A DNA stretch of 52,576 bases, taken from assembly GCA_025451455.1 (NCBI GenBank), contig JANWKI010000016.1, forward strand, positions 1-52,576, read 5' to 3'. The notes below the pieces were generated by a model that had not been told where the DNA came from, did not search any database, and was given only the letters and a program-made list of their open reading frames with translations. The position numbers and the translations under genes are program-made. This document shows, in pieces, positions 29,431 to 39,210 of the stretch. Position 1 is the stretch's first letter, and every line of letters begins with the position of its first letter. This DNA is from Ignavibacteria bacterium. Lineage in GTDB: Bacteria > Bacteroidota > Ignavibacteria > Tepidaquicellales > OLB5.

Positions 29431-29480
29431 GTGGTGTCAGGTATTTACCTGACACGCGTCGGGTGGATACCCGACGCCAC
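29431..29480. repeat. Inverted REP-like doublet with GTGG tetranucleotides
   Basis: GTGG-TGTCAGGTATTTACCTGACA on plus and GTGG-CGTCGGGTATCCACCCGACG on minus, separated by 2 nt. Confidence 0.65.
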
Positions 29481-29527
29481 GAATCTAAATTTCTATATAA
29501 CTTAAACATCCTCATCTTTATTAATAT

Positions 29528-30037
29528 TCATTTTATAAGTGAAAAACTAACACTCATTTCCGGCGATGTCTTCAAGGTCTGGTACACAACACAATATCTT
29601 TCCGTCAGCTTTAACAAACTTTGCAATTGTTCCTCAGTTGCATCTGAATCCAGTTCGTAATTCAATCTGATATTTTTAAATCCAACCATAGCTTCCTTTG
29701 ATACTGCAAGTGTTCCCCTGAAATCAAGATCACCCTCAGCTTTTATCTTTCCTTCTCTGATCTCCACTCCAATTGCCGAAGCGACAGCTTTCATTGTAAC
29801 TCCCGCGCAGGCAACAAGCGCCTCAAGAAGCATATCCCCTGAGCACAGCTCCATACCCGTGCCGCCTGTTGCGGGGTGAAGTCCGGCAACTGCTGCAATT
29901 TTTCTTCCCGTTTCTACATTACAGGTTACTCCCTCACCAAGCAAACCTTCTGCATGAAGGGTAATTACTGCCGAAGAAGGGTTAGCCTTATATTTTTCTT
30001 TAAGTGGAGCCTGGATTGAACGAAGGTCTTTATTCAT
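29528..30037 (-). CDS. OsmC-family protein
   Basis: AGLHPATGG, CSGDMLLEALVACAG, GDLDFRGTL, TERYCVVYQTL. Confidence 0.9.
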   Translation of the reverse strand: MNKDLRSIQAPLKEKYKANPSSAVITLHAEGLLGEGVTCNVETGRKIAAVAGLHPATGGTGMELCSGDMLLEALVACAGVTMKAVASAIGVEIREGKIKAEGDLDFRGTLAVSKEAMVGFKNIRLNYELDSDATEEQLQSLLKLTERYCVVYQTLKTSPEMSVSFSLIK

Positions 30038-30124
30038 TTTCTGACTTATTAAATTGTTGACTGCAAAATTAATTATAAAAGTAAGGAATTACTATGTTTT
30101 TTATTTGAGGGGTTTACTAAAATG

Positions 30125-30162
30125 AAAAACCTGACAATCAGTGTTATTTGTTTGTCAGGTTT
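30125..30162 (-). terminator. Intrinsic terminator of the oxidoreductase gene
   Basis: AAACCTGACAA / TTGTCAGGTTT stem, A-run on the left. Confidence 0.55.
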
Positions 30163-30192
30163 GGAATTTCGAATCTTAAAAGTAAATATGAT

Positions 30193-33100
30193 CTAAACCG
30201 GTAATTCTCTTTCTGCCTGTTTGAACAGGTGATCGAACCAGAATTTGGTCAGTTTTTCAACTACAGTATTGTTCTTAAGCCTTGAATTCAGATTCTTGAA
30301 ATCAACAGTATTCATATTCTGATCCTGGTTAAAGCAGGTGAATACAAATGATTCCTTGCCGGTAACCGGGTCAACGTGCCTTTGCAGGCACTGCGCGCAG
30401 ACTTCCTTCATCATGCACTGCATCGGTGAGTTAATACTTGCAATAGCAACATGATCAGGCTTAAGGTACTGCTGAAGAACGCCGAACCTTGCTTCCTGAA
30501 TTGCCCGCATCATTCTATCGCTGCCGATGGCTATGATCCTGTCAACATTTTTCAGGTCAAACATTGGTTTCGCCCCGTCAGTTTCCATCTTTCCTTCCGC
30601 ATATGCCATCATTGACTGCACAATATTGGCAGTTATAGATCTATCCTGCGGCCTTCTGGGTTTTATCGTATCTCCAAAATCATTCGACCATATTACCTGG
30701 TGTGTTCCTTCTTCAACTTCATCCTGTTTAAAGAGGTCAATCGTGTTACGGTAACCTGCAAAATAAATTACTTTGTTGCCGTTATCTTTCAAGGCCTTTG
30801 CTACGGAAAAGAGCACAGCATTTCCGAGTCCGCCGCCTGCAAGCAGTACGGTTTCACCCTCCGGTATTTCTGTTGGCGTGCCCGTGGGACCCATAACAAC
30901 AACATGTTCCCCTTTTTTCAAATATCGGCATAACCTTGAGCTTCCCCACATTTCAAGTATTATAAGCCCAAGCAGTCCTTTTTCAACATCAACCCATGCC
31001 CCTGTTAATGCAATTCCTTCCATCATCATTTTGGAGCCTGCAACTGAGCGGGCGATCGTTTCATAATTCTGCAGCCTGTAAAATTGCCCCGGGTGAAATT
31101 TCTTTGCCTGTAACGGAGCTTTTACAACAACTTCAACTATTGTTGGAGTCAGTATATTTACTTCTTCAACAATGCCAAGCAGTTCATGATCAAGTGTCTG
31201 AACCAGTTTAGCATACTTATCTTCCAGGTGAATTCCCGGTTTTTCGAAGGTATCTTTATCAAATATTTTTATCAGTTCTTTATAACCATCTCTTGCAGAT
31301 GCCATGGCTTTAACAACATTACCTGCATATCGCGGATGATTATCACCATACACGGTTACAAATTTACCATTTTTGTTATACGATGTAAAGAAACCGGTTT
31401 CATTCTTTTCAGCTTTAACAAGCTTTTTATCTTCCCCCAGCCTGTAAGTCTGGAAAAATTGATCTCTTTCATCAAGCTGAAATGTGTCAGGATGCTCACG
31501 CTCATAAATTACGTTCGGCGAGGTTCCGGCTGCAACAATAACTGTTTTAGCGGGGAGCCTTACAGTTTCCCCGAGATCAATATATCTTCCGTCATCAGTT
31601 TTCCTCTGCCTCTGAAATACCATTTCTTTAACTGCGCCATTTTCATCAGGAATTGCTTCCTCAGGACTCAGTTTCTCCCAATAGTAAATTCCTTCTTCAA
31701 GAGATTTGATAATTTCCTCATGATTCAAACGGTAAGCAGGGGAGTCAGCAATACTTTTCCTGTAACACAGGGTAACACCGCCCCATTTCCTTACATATGG
31801 TATAAAATCCGGCTCTTCTCCTGCTTCTGATGCTCTTTTTCTCTCAGCCCTTATCTTTCTTCCGTGCTCAAGAAATGTTTTGGCAATTCCCTTTTCCTCG
31901 TCATCGTACATAGCCAGTATTGCCTCTTCTCCAAACTCCCTTACAGAGACTTCATACCGCTCAAGGAATTTTTCAACCTGTACGGGATAATATGCAAACG
32001 CCTCGGTTGTTGTATCTATAGCCGTTAAACCGCCGCCGATTACAATTGCCGGGAGCTGAAGCATTAGGTTAGCCATCGAGTCTTTTTTGGCTGCCCCTGT
32101 AAGCTGCAAAGACATGAGAAAATCAGATGCTTTGCGGATTCCGCGTATCAGATTATTTTTAATTTTTACAATTGTCGGTTTTCCCGCTCCTGTTGTTATA
32201 GCAATGTGATCAAATCCTAAATTCCAGACATCATCAATTTCAATTGTTCCGCCAAAACGAATTCCGTCATATACCTTGAAGTGTTTCCTTCTTGCAAGAG
32301 TTAAATATACAACTTTCAGGAAGTTTTTATCCCACCTGACTGTGATCCCGTATTCAGATACCCCGCCAAAACCTAGAAATATTCTCTTATCAAGCTCTTC
32401 CGTCAGAGTATTATAATCATATACCGGTTTCGGATAGACATATTCTCCGTTCTCATCAATTCCGCCTGTTACATCTTTATGAACATGTTCTATCTTTAGT
32501 CCGTCTATCCCGACAACACCGTAACCTTCATTGAGCAGGTATTGTGAAAGTGTATAACCGGCCGGACCCATACCAACAACCATAACATTTTTGCCGTTAT
32601 AGGGCAGTCCGTACGGTCTGAGTACATTTACAGGATTCCACCTTGTGAGCAGGGAGTATATCTCAAAACCCCATGGCAGATTTAAAACTTCTGTCAAAGC
32701 TCTTGTTTCTATCTGCGGTATATTCACGGGTTCCTGCTTCTGGTAAATGCATGCTTTCATGCAGTCATTGCAGATCCTGTGCCCTGTACCGGGGCACATA
32801 GGGTTATCGATCATAATCAAACTTAAAGCGCCTATAGATCTTCCTTCGTATTTGAGGTAATGCATCTCCGAGATCTTTTCACAAAGCGGGCATCCGTTTA
32901 AAGGAATTCCGATCGGATTTCGCTTTGCTGTCCCGTCTTTATCCCTAAGCCCTTTTGAACACGAATCTTTTTTTCTTTCGTGGCAGAATACACAGTATTC
33001 AACCTCGCTCATAACCTGGCGGTTATCGTACCTGTTATCGGTTAGTTTAAAACCATCGCGCCTTCTTAAAGTATCTTCTTCGCCGTATATTTTGCCGGGT

Positions 33101-33933
33101 TTATCGGGAACCTCCATTTTATTTAATACAAGATCACTGAAATCAACATTCAATGGCTGTTTATACAGTACCCAATCCCTGATAACAAGCTTCTGGACAT
33201 GGTCATGCATCCTTGCAAAACACCATTTTTGGACTATCTCAACTATGTTCTTCAGGTATTCATAGATAATCTTTTGTTCTTCAGATGCTTCCTTATTTTT
33301 ATATTCTTTTACTTCTAAGTTCTCAACAAATTGCTGCCCTCTTTTGCTTCCTTTCAAAGCTGTAAATGCTACCGTGGATTTCAGGCCTGCTTCTTCATCA
33401 AAAACAAAACCACTGGGCATTACTTCCAGGAAGTTCTTGTAATTGTTTTCCTGTTCTGCAAGATCACGTATCATAAATGCCGTTGACTTCTCTTCGTCTC
33501 CTATCCAGTCAAAATGTGAATAAAGTGTTTTTTTAATAATGGTGATTTTGAAATCAAGGTCTTCAAAATCCATTGCTTCCAGGTCAGCAGGTTTATACTT
33601 CTTCAGTACCCGCTTGATCATAAAGTCACTTCTTACTTTTAGAATCTCCCTTTCGGTTTCATTCTCTTCTTTCAGATCCTCAGCTTCTTTTGAAATACCA
33701 AATAGCCCGATTATGAATTTATCCAGTACTCTGCCGGATTCAATAATTATGCCGGATATTTCCAGTTCATCATATCCCGCACCTTTTGCATCGCTGTACT
33801 TTTTGAATTTTTCGAAAGAGATGGTGTCGGTCTCCCTGTAAAAATCGTAAAACTTTTCAGTCAATTCTCCCAGCTTTGTGGAATTGAATAGATCCTCAAA
33901 AGTGAAGCCAAAATTCAGAATTAAATCATTCAT
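30193..33933 (-). CDS. Fused GltD/NfnB-like plus PyrK/NfnA-like Fe-S flavoprotein oxidoreductase
   Basis: CxxCxxxxxxxC, GCP, CPGTGHRICNDCMKAC Fe-S motifs; GMGPAG FAD; GGGLTAID NAD(P)H; PGQF, GPTG, AGGGLG and MQCMMKEVCAQC...C [2Fe-2S] C-terminal module. Confidence 0.85.
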   Translation of the reverse strand: MNDLILNFGFTFEDLFNSTKLGELTEKFYDFYRETDTISFEKFKKYSDAKGAGYDELEISGIIIESGRVLDKFIIGLFGISKEAEDLKEENETEREILKVRSDFMIKRVLKKYKPADLEAMDFEDLDFKITIIKKTLYSHFDWIGDEEKSTAFMIRDLAEQENNYKNFLEVMPSGFVFDEEAGLKSTVAFTALKGSKRGQQFVENLEVKEYKNKEASEEQKIIYEYLKNIVEIVQKWCFARMHDHVQKLVIRDWVLYKQPLNVDFSDLVLNKMEVPDKPGKIYGEEDTLRRRDGFKLTDNRYDNRQVMSEVEYCVFCHERKKDSCSKGLRDKDGTAKRNPIGIPLNGCPLCEKISEMHYLKYEGRSIGALSLIMIDNPMCPGTGHRICNDCMKACIYQKQEPVNIPQIETRALTEVLNLPWGFEIYSLLTRWNPVNVLRPYGLPYNGKNVMVVGMGPAGYTLSQYLLNEGYGVVGIDGLKIEHVHKDVTGGIDENGEYVYPKPVYDYNTLTEELDKRIFLGFGGVSEYGITVRWDKNFLKVVYLTLARRKHFKVYDGIRFGGTIEIDDVWNLGFDHIAITTGAGKPTIVKIKNNLIRGIRKASDFLMSLQLTGAAKKDSMANLMLQLPAIVIGGGLTAIDTTTEAFAYYPVQVEKFLERYEVSVREFGEEAILAMYDDEEKGIAKTFLEHGRKIRAERKRASEAGEEPDFIPYVRKWGGVTLCYRKSIADSPAYRLNHEEIIKSLEEGIYYWEKLSPEEAIPDENGAVKEMVFQRQRKTDDGRYIDLGETVRLPAKTVIVAAGTSPNVIYEREHPDTFQLDERDQFFQTYRLGEDKKLVKAEKNETGFFTSYNKNGKFVTVYGDNHPRYAGNVVKAMASARDGYKELIKIFDKDTFEKPGIHLEDKYAKLVQTLDHELLGIVEEVNILTPTIVEVVVKAPLQAKKFHPGQFYRLQNYETIARSVAGSKMMMEGIALTGAWVDVEKGLLGLIILEMWGSSRLCRYLKKGEHVVVMGPTGTPTEIPEGETVLLAGGGLGNAVLFSVAKALKDNGNKVIYFAGYRNTIDLFKQDEVEEGTHQVIWSNDFGDTIKPRRPQDRSITANIVQSMMAYAEGKMETDGAKPMFDLKNVDRIIAIGSDRMMRAIQEARFGVLQQYLKPDHVAIASINSPMQCMMKEVCAQCLQRHVDPVTGKESFVFTCFNQDQNMNTVDFKNLNSRLKNNTVVEKLTKFWFDHLFKQAERELPV

Positions 33934-34107
33934 CGGTTAAATTACTCCTTAAATTAAGTACTGATCAAACACTAACCCGGAGGATATGCAAATTTTCTTT
34001 GATATTATCGTGAAAACAGGCAAATATAGAGGTTTGGTCATAAAAAAACATGAGTTTTAGAGACAAAAACTGACGTATCAAAATTATGAATAATAATAGT
34101 GGAATTC

Positions 34108-34123
34108 AATGATTTATGTCATT
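34108..34123. promoter_or_regulatory. Palindromic TGA-N6-TCA site (CRP/FNR-like) between the oxidoreductase and uvrD
   Basis: AATGA-TTTATG-TCATT. Confidence 0.35.
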
Positions 34124-34326
34124 TAAAAGTGTAACTGGAATGATTTTTGAAAGATTTTTTATTTCCCGGCTCTCTGATCATTTAAATATTGTGATAATAA
34201 ACCTGTGAAATTATCATTTCAATTGATTTAAGCCCATATTAAAGTTATTTTTGTTAAACTTTTCAGTATTTCCGGAAAAATTGCCTGCCTCAGGCACAAG
34301 CGGAAAGAAATAATACACGGGAGATT

Positions 34327-36537
34327 TTGTTGGATTTAGCCAGAGAGCTTAACATAGAGCAAAGGAAAGCTGTTGAGCAGATCGAAGGACCCTGCATGAT
34401 CGTTGCCGGAGCCGGCAGCGGTAAAACCAGGGTGCTAACTTATAAAATTGCTTTTTTAATTGAGTCAGGCATTAATCCTTTCGAAATGCTGGCGCTTACC
34501 TTTACGAACAAAGCAGCAAATGAAATGAAGCAAAGGATCCATAAGCTTGTCGGTCCCTCAGCCGAAAGTATCTGGATGGGAACTTTTCATTCGATATTTG
34601 CAAGGATACTCAGAATTGAAGCTCAATATATTGGCTTTGACCGGAATTTCACAATTTATGATGATGATGACAGCGAACGGCTGGTTGAGTCTGTCATGAA
34701 AGATCTTGGTTTTGCTACTGATAATCCGAAGCCTAAAGCGATTACCGGTTACATAAAGGGATTGAAAAATAAACTGGTACTGCCTGATGATTTTGTTACT
34801 TTGACTAACCCGTTTGAAAAGATTGTTGCACCGGTTTACAGAGAATACCAGAACCGGTTGCTGAAAAATAACGCAATGGATTTTGACGATCTATTGATAA
34901 ACCCAATCCTTCTTTTTCAGCGGAACCCTGATATACTTGCAAAATACCAGCAGCGTTTCAAATTCATACTTGTTGATGAATACCAGGATACCAATAAGGC
35001 ACAGTATGTAATTGTGACAATGCTTGCCCGCGGACACGGAAACATTTCTGTGGTAGGAGATGATGCGCAGAGTATCTACCGCTGGCGGGGAGCTGAGATC
35101 GAAAATATCCTGAAATTCGAATCGGATTTCAATGAATGTAATGTTTTTAAGCTTGAACAGAATTACCGTTCTACCAAAAATATACTTTCTCTTGCTGATG
35201 AAGTCATAAAAAACAATAAACGCCAGATCAAGAAGACTCTGTTTACAGATAATATTGAAGGCGATAAAGTTACGCTTACGGAAGTTTTGAGCGACAGGGA
35301 TGAAGGTTTGATGGTTGTGAAATGGATAATGCATGAAATACAGAACAGAAAACTAAACTTCAAGGACTTTGTAATATTATACCGCACCAATTCCCAATCA
35401 CGTGTAATTGAAGATGCACTGAGAATGAATTCAATTCCCTATATAATAGTTGGTGGTGTAAAGTTTTACCAGCGTAAAGAGATCAAAGATGTTCTTGCTT
35501 ATTTAAAGGTGCTCGTAAATCCAAGAGATGATGAGGCTATGACGAGGATACTTAAGCTCAGGGAAGGAGTCGGCGAGCAGACTATTGAGAAATTGAAGCG
35601 TGCTGCAAAGGAAATTGCAAAATCAATTGCAGAGGTCCTGCTTGCAATGCTGGATGAAAGAGACGGGCAGCAAAAAAGGCAGTCAAGGATCGAAGCTGAG
35701 TTGCTTCGGGTTGCGGCTCTCATTAAGAAATATAATGAAGTGAAAGAAGAGTTTTCTCCAAGCGAGCTTGCAAGGAGCGTTGTGGACGAGATCGGGATAC
35801 TGCGTGAGCTGAGAAATGAAGGTACGGAAGAATCCATGGACAGGATGTATAATGTGCAGGAACTGCTCTCAGGTATTTCTGAATATACTGATAATACTGA
35901 AGGCGCAACACTGGAGGGCTTCCTTCAGGAAGTAAGCCTTGTTACCGATATTGATAAGTACGATGACCAGAAAAACGCGGTTACTCTTATGACAACACAC
36001 TCATCCAAAGGACTGGAATACCCGGTTGTATTCATTACCGGCCTTGAAGACGGCATATTTCCGCTTTCGAGCTCTATGCTTGAGCAGGAAGAAATGGAAG
36101 AAGAACGCCGTTTGTTTTATGTGGCCATTACACGAGCCATGCAGAAGCTGTATATGACATATTCACTTCAGCGGTACCGGTTTGGCAGCGTAAGCTACCA
36201 ATTAAAATCACGTTTTCTGAACGAAATAGATTCTACTAAGCTGGAATACAATAAAAACCATACTGCATCAAGGCCCGGTCGGAGGAGTTACCAGGAAGAA
36301 GGAAGCTCCATACGCTATGAATATTATAAAGATAAAGGCTCAGATGATGTTTTAAATGAGATTTTCAGGGAAGATGTTGGTGTAAAAAAAGGAAGCACAG
36401 TATATCATAACAATTTCGGAAAAGGGAAAGTAATTGATGTTACCGGCAGGGGCGAAGGGAAAAAAGCCTCAATTCATTTTGATAAGGTTGGTATTAAAAA
36501 TATTATTTTAAAATATGCGAACTTGAGGATCGGATAA
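34327..36537 (+). CDS. pcrA: UvrD/PcrA superfamily 1 DNA helicase
   Basis: AGAGSGKT, TFTNKAA, VDEYQD, VGDDAQSIYRWRGA, LEQNYRST, KGLEYP, EERRLFYVAITRA, C-terminal Tudor-like domain. Confidence 0.92.
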   Translation: MLDLARELNIEQRKAVEQIEGPCMIVAGAGSGKTRVLTYKIAFLIESGINPFEMLALTFTNKAANEMKQRIHKLVGPSAESIWMGTFHSIFARILRIEAQYIGFDRNFTIYDDDDSERLVESVMKDLGFATDNPKPKAITGYIKGLKNKLVLPDDFVTLTNPFEKIVAPVYREYQNRLLKNNAMDFDDLLINPILLFQRNPDILAKYQQRFKFILVDEYQDTNKAQYVIVTMLARGHGNISVVGDDAQSIYRWRGAEIENILKFESDFNECNVFKLEQNYRSTKNILSLADEVIKNNKRQIKKTLFTDNIEGDKVTLTEVLSDRDEGLMVVKWIMHEIQNRKLNFKDFVILYRTNSQSRVIEDALRMNSIPYIIVGGVKFYQRKEIKDVLAYLKVLVNPRDDEAMTRILKLREGVGEQTIEKLKRAAKEIAKSIAEVLLAMLDERDGQQKRQSRIEAELLRVAALIKKYNEVKEEFSPSELARSVVDEIGILRELRNEGTEESMDRMYNVQELLSGISEYTDNTEGATLEGFLQEVSLVTDIDKYDDQKNAVTLMTTHSSKGLEYPVVFITGLEDGIFPLSSSMLEQEEMEEERRLFYVAITRAMQKLYMTYSLQRYRFGSVSYQLKSRFLNEIDSTKLEYNKNHTASRPGRRSYQEEGSSIRYEYYKDKGSDDVLNEIFREDVGVKKGSTVYHNNFGKGKVIDVTGRGEGKKASIHFDKVGIKNIILKYANLRIG

Positions 36538-36541
36538 GCCG

Positions 36542-36576
36542 CAAATAATAAATAACAAATGGTAAATATCAAATTA
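36542..36576 (+). repeat. Five tandem heptamers YAAATnn
   Basis: CAAATAA TAAATAA CAAATGG TAAATAT CAAATTA. Confidence 0.55.
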
Positions 36577-36983
36577 TGGCAAATTTTCTATTAAAAACAG
36601 AACCCACGGTTTATTCATACGCTGATTTAGAGCGTGATAAAAAAGCAGTTTGGGATGGCGTTACAAGTCCGGGCGGAGTGTCCCAGATCAAATCCGCGAA
36701 AAAGGGTGATACTGCATTCATCTATCATACGGGCGATGAAAAGCAGGTTGTTGGGATTGCAGAAATTATCAGTGACCCGTATGTTGACCCCAAAGCAGGT
36801 AACCCAAGATTGTACGTGTTTGAGATCAAGCCGAAGAGGAAGCTCAAGAACCCGGTTACCCTGGGGCAGATAAAAGCTGATAAAAGATTTAAGGATTCGA
36901 GGCTGGTTAATGAGCCGCGGCTTTCAGTTCAGCCTGTAACTGATGATATGTGGAAAGCAATTCTTGAGCTATCAGGCAGATAA
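36576..36983 (+). CDS. EVE domain protein
   Basis: LLKTEPxxYS, WDGV, GDxAFIYHTG, PVTLxQIK, RLSVQPV. Confidence 0.9.
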   Translation: MANFLLKTEPTVYSYADLERDKKAVWDGVTSPGGVSQIKSAKKGDTAFIYHTGDEKQVVGIAEIISDPYVDPKAGNPRLYVFEIKPKRKLKNPVTLGQIKADKRFKDSRLVNEPRLSVQPVTDDMWKAILELSGR

Positions 36984-37044
36984 AGTGATAGTTTTTTCTG
37001 AAAATGTAAAGTAATTTTGAACAAACAACAAACAATAATTAATT

Positions 37045-37542
37045 ATGGCAGATACATACTCATTTGATATAGTTTCGGAAATCGACTGGCAGGAAATTGA
37101 TAATGCCGTTAACCAGGCAAGGAAAGAGATAATGCAAAGGTACGATTTTAAAGGCTCCAAAAGCACTATTGAATACAGCGAGAAGGAGAAAACCATAACA
37201 ATACTTGCTGATGATGATTACAAGCTGAAAGCTGTTATTGATATGCTCCAGAATAAATTCGTGAAGCGCCACATCCCCCTTAAATCCATGAAATATAAAC
37301 CGGCCGAACAGGCATCCGGCTCAATGATGAGGCAGTCCGTTGAAGTGCTGCAGGGAATAAGCAAGGATAATGCAAGACATATTGTTAAGATCATTAAAGA
37401 TTCCAAGATCAAAGTACAGGCAGCTATCCAGGATGAACAGGTAAGGGTCTCGGGAAGGGATAAGGACCTGCTTCAGGAAGCAATAGCGCTTGTAAAAGGG
37501 GCAGAACTTGATTTCGCAGTACAATTTACAAACTACAGATGA
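37045..37542 (+). CDS. yajQ: YajQ family nucleotide/c-di-GMP-binding protein
   Basis: [29 protein letters not shown]...VRVSG, QFTNYR. Confidence 0.95.
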   Translation: MADTYSFDIVSEIDWQEIDNAVNQARKEIMQRYDFKGSKSTIEYSEKEKTITILADDDYKLKAVIDMLQNKFVKRHIPLKSMKYKPAEQASGSMMRQSVEVLQGISKDNARHIVKIIKDSKIKVQAAIQDEQVRVSGRDKDLLQEAIALVKGAELDFAVQFTNYR

Positions 37543-38336
37543 TAACAATGAACAATTATCAATTTTCAATGAACAATAATTTATACAAATCAGTAATTAT
37601 GATTCTGATTATGTTAATTGTTAATTGCTCATTGTTAATTGCTCAAAACAAGCTTGATGTTATTGTATTGGATGCAGGCCATGGAGGAAAGGACCCGGGC
37701 ACAATAAGTGACTTTTCAGGAATTCAGGAGAAGAACATTGTGCTGCCGATTACTATGAAATTCGGCAAACTGATTGAAGAAAAATTCCCAGGCATCAGAG
37801 TAATTTACTCCAGGACAACTGATGAGTTAATTGATCTGCATTTGAGGACAAAAATTGCTAACGATAATAAAGCTAAGCTTTTTATAAGCATACATGCCAA
37901 TCACAAGAAAAAAGAAGAAACCGAAAAAAACGGCTTTGAAATATATCTGCTCAACAGGGAAAGAATGCCGGAGGCGATTCAATTCACAATGAATGAAAAT
38001 ACGATTTTATCTTACCGCCAGTTCGGGAATGATTCTTTGGATAGATTTATCTTTGCCTCTCTTGCACAAAACGGTTATACCAGGTTCAATGAATATCTTG
38101 CTTCAATGATCGAGATCAATATGCTGAACCTTACGCAGCTTATGTCACGCGGTTCATTCCAGGCGGGGAACTGGGTAACTCTTGGCGCTTCTATGCCTTC
38201 GGTCCTGGTTGAAACCGGATACCTTTCAGATCAAAATGATGAAAAATATCTATCAAGCGAAAAAGGTCAGAATGAGATTGCAATAGCTCTGCTTAATGCT
38301 TTTCAGCAATACAAAATACTCTACGAAATACAATAA
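37539..38336 (+). CDS. N-acetylmuramoyl-L-alanine amidase (Amidase_3)
   Basis: [33 protein letters not shown]; signal peptide; exact start Met uncertain. Confidence 0.9.
   Translation: MITMNNYQFSMNNNLYKSVIMILIMLIVNCSLLIAQNKLDVIVLDAGHGGKDPGTISDFSGIQEKNIVLPITMKFGKLIEEKFPGIRVIYSRTTDELIDLHLRTKIANDNKAKLFISIHANHKKKEETEKNGFEIYLLNRERMPEAIQFTMNENTILSYRQFGNDSLDRFIFASLAQNGYTRFNEYLASMIEINMLNLTQLMSRGSFQAGNWVTLGASMPSVLVETGYLSDQNDEKYLSSEKGQNEIAIALLNAFQQYKILYEIQ
37546..37641. repeat. Inverted arrays of 7-nt repeats within the amidase 5' end
   Basis: 5x CAATnnn at 37546-37580 and 4x nnnATTG at 37614-37641. Confidence 0.65.
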
Positions 38337-38371
38337 TTTCAATAGGTTACGATAGTAATTATTTTTTAAGG

Positions 38372-38400
38372 TTGCAATTCCTTTAATATGCTACTATATT
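38372..38400 (+). promoter_or_regulatory. Sigma70-type promoter
   Basis: TTGCAA-N17-TATATT. Confidence 0.5.
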
Positions 38401-38440
38401 TACAGTTAAGGATATGATATAAACCAATAATTTAATAATT

Positions 38441-39145
38441 ATGATTAACTACGTTAAATATATAGTAATCTTATTTGCATTAATCTTTGCAGTTGGCTGC
38501 TCAAAGGAAAATGCCGATACCAATAAAACCAGTTTCCAGATCCTGGCAGATAAGGAAAAAGAGCTAAGTGACAGGGAAGCAAGGATAAAGCTGAAAGAAA
38601 TTGAACTAGAGGAACGCGAGAGAAAAATGGGTGTTGTAGATAATACTAATACGCATCCTCAAACCGATACTGTAAAACAAATTTTAGAAGATTTAACGCA
38701 GCTGCAGAAGGATTCCGTAAAGAAGGTTGATATAGAGAAGAAGAAAGAAAAAAAGAAAGAAATACAGAAGGAAATTACGAAGAAATTTGAGAACCCCACA
38801 TCAACTGTAAAAGATTATTATGAATACATTCAGCGGGGAATAAACGAAGAGGGGAATTTCGACAGTAACATGAAGAAAGCCCAGAAGTACTTTCCTACCC
38901 GCCCGGTTGATAAACTGAAATCAGGTTACAGGAATACCAAGCAGTTTACAATTGTTGACGAACCAAAGGTATTAAGCCAGAAAGACGATAAGGCAAGTGT
39001 TGTAGCAAAAGTGAAGCAGACGAGCATTATTAAAAAGGACGGCAAGGATACTGAAGTAACAAAGACACTGACTGTTACTTATAATCTGGCTGCAAACAAG
39101 AATGGTGAATGGGTAATTGTTGGTAATACTGTTAAGGAAGATTGA
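38441..39145 (+). CDS. Hypothetical lipoprotein with coiled coil and NTF2-like C-terminal region
   Basis: Lipobox AVGC; EKELSDREARIKLKEIELEERE coiled coil; PTSTVKDYY...VTYNL...GEWVI pattern. Confidence 0.7.
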   Translation: MINYVKYIVILFALIFAVGCSKENADTNKTSFQILADKEKELSDREARIKLKEIELEERERKMGVVDNTNTHPQTDTVKQILEDLTQLQKDSVKKVDIEKKKEKKKEIQKEITKKFENPTSTVKDYYEYIQRGINEEGNFDSNMKKAQKYFPTRPVDKLKSGYRNTKQFTIVDEPKVLSQKDDKASVVAKVKQTSIIKKDGKDTEVTKTLTVTYNLAANKNGEWVIVGNTVKED

Positions 39146-39185
39146 AATAGAATAAGAATTTTTAAAATATCAGCTGCCCATGCCT

Positions 39186-39210
39186 GCCCGGCGTTACCCC
39201 GGGCTTTTTT
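39186..39210 (+). terminator. Intrinsic terminator
   Basis: GCCCGG-N7-CCGGGC-TTTTTT. Confidence 0.7.

Noticed and set aside
29431-29480. CRISPR repeat or tRNA fragment
   Set aside because: Only two inverted units, no spacers, no cas genes and no tRNA D/T loops
31186-31830. 214-aa plus-strand ORF and the many other 60-150 aa ORFs in the track that overlap long genes
   Set aside because: Antisense or out-of-frame shadows of well-supported genes, with no motifs or ribosome-binding context
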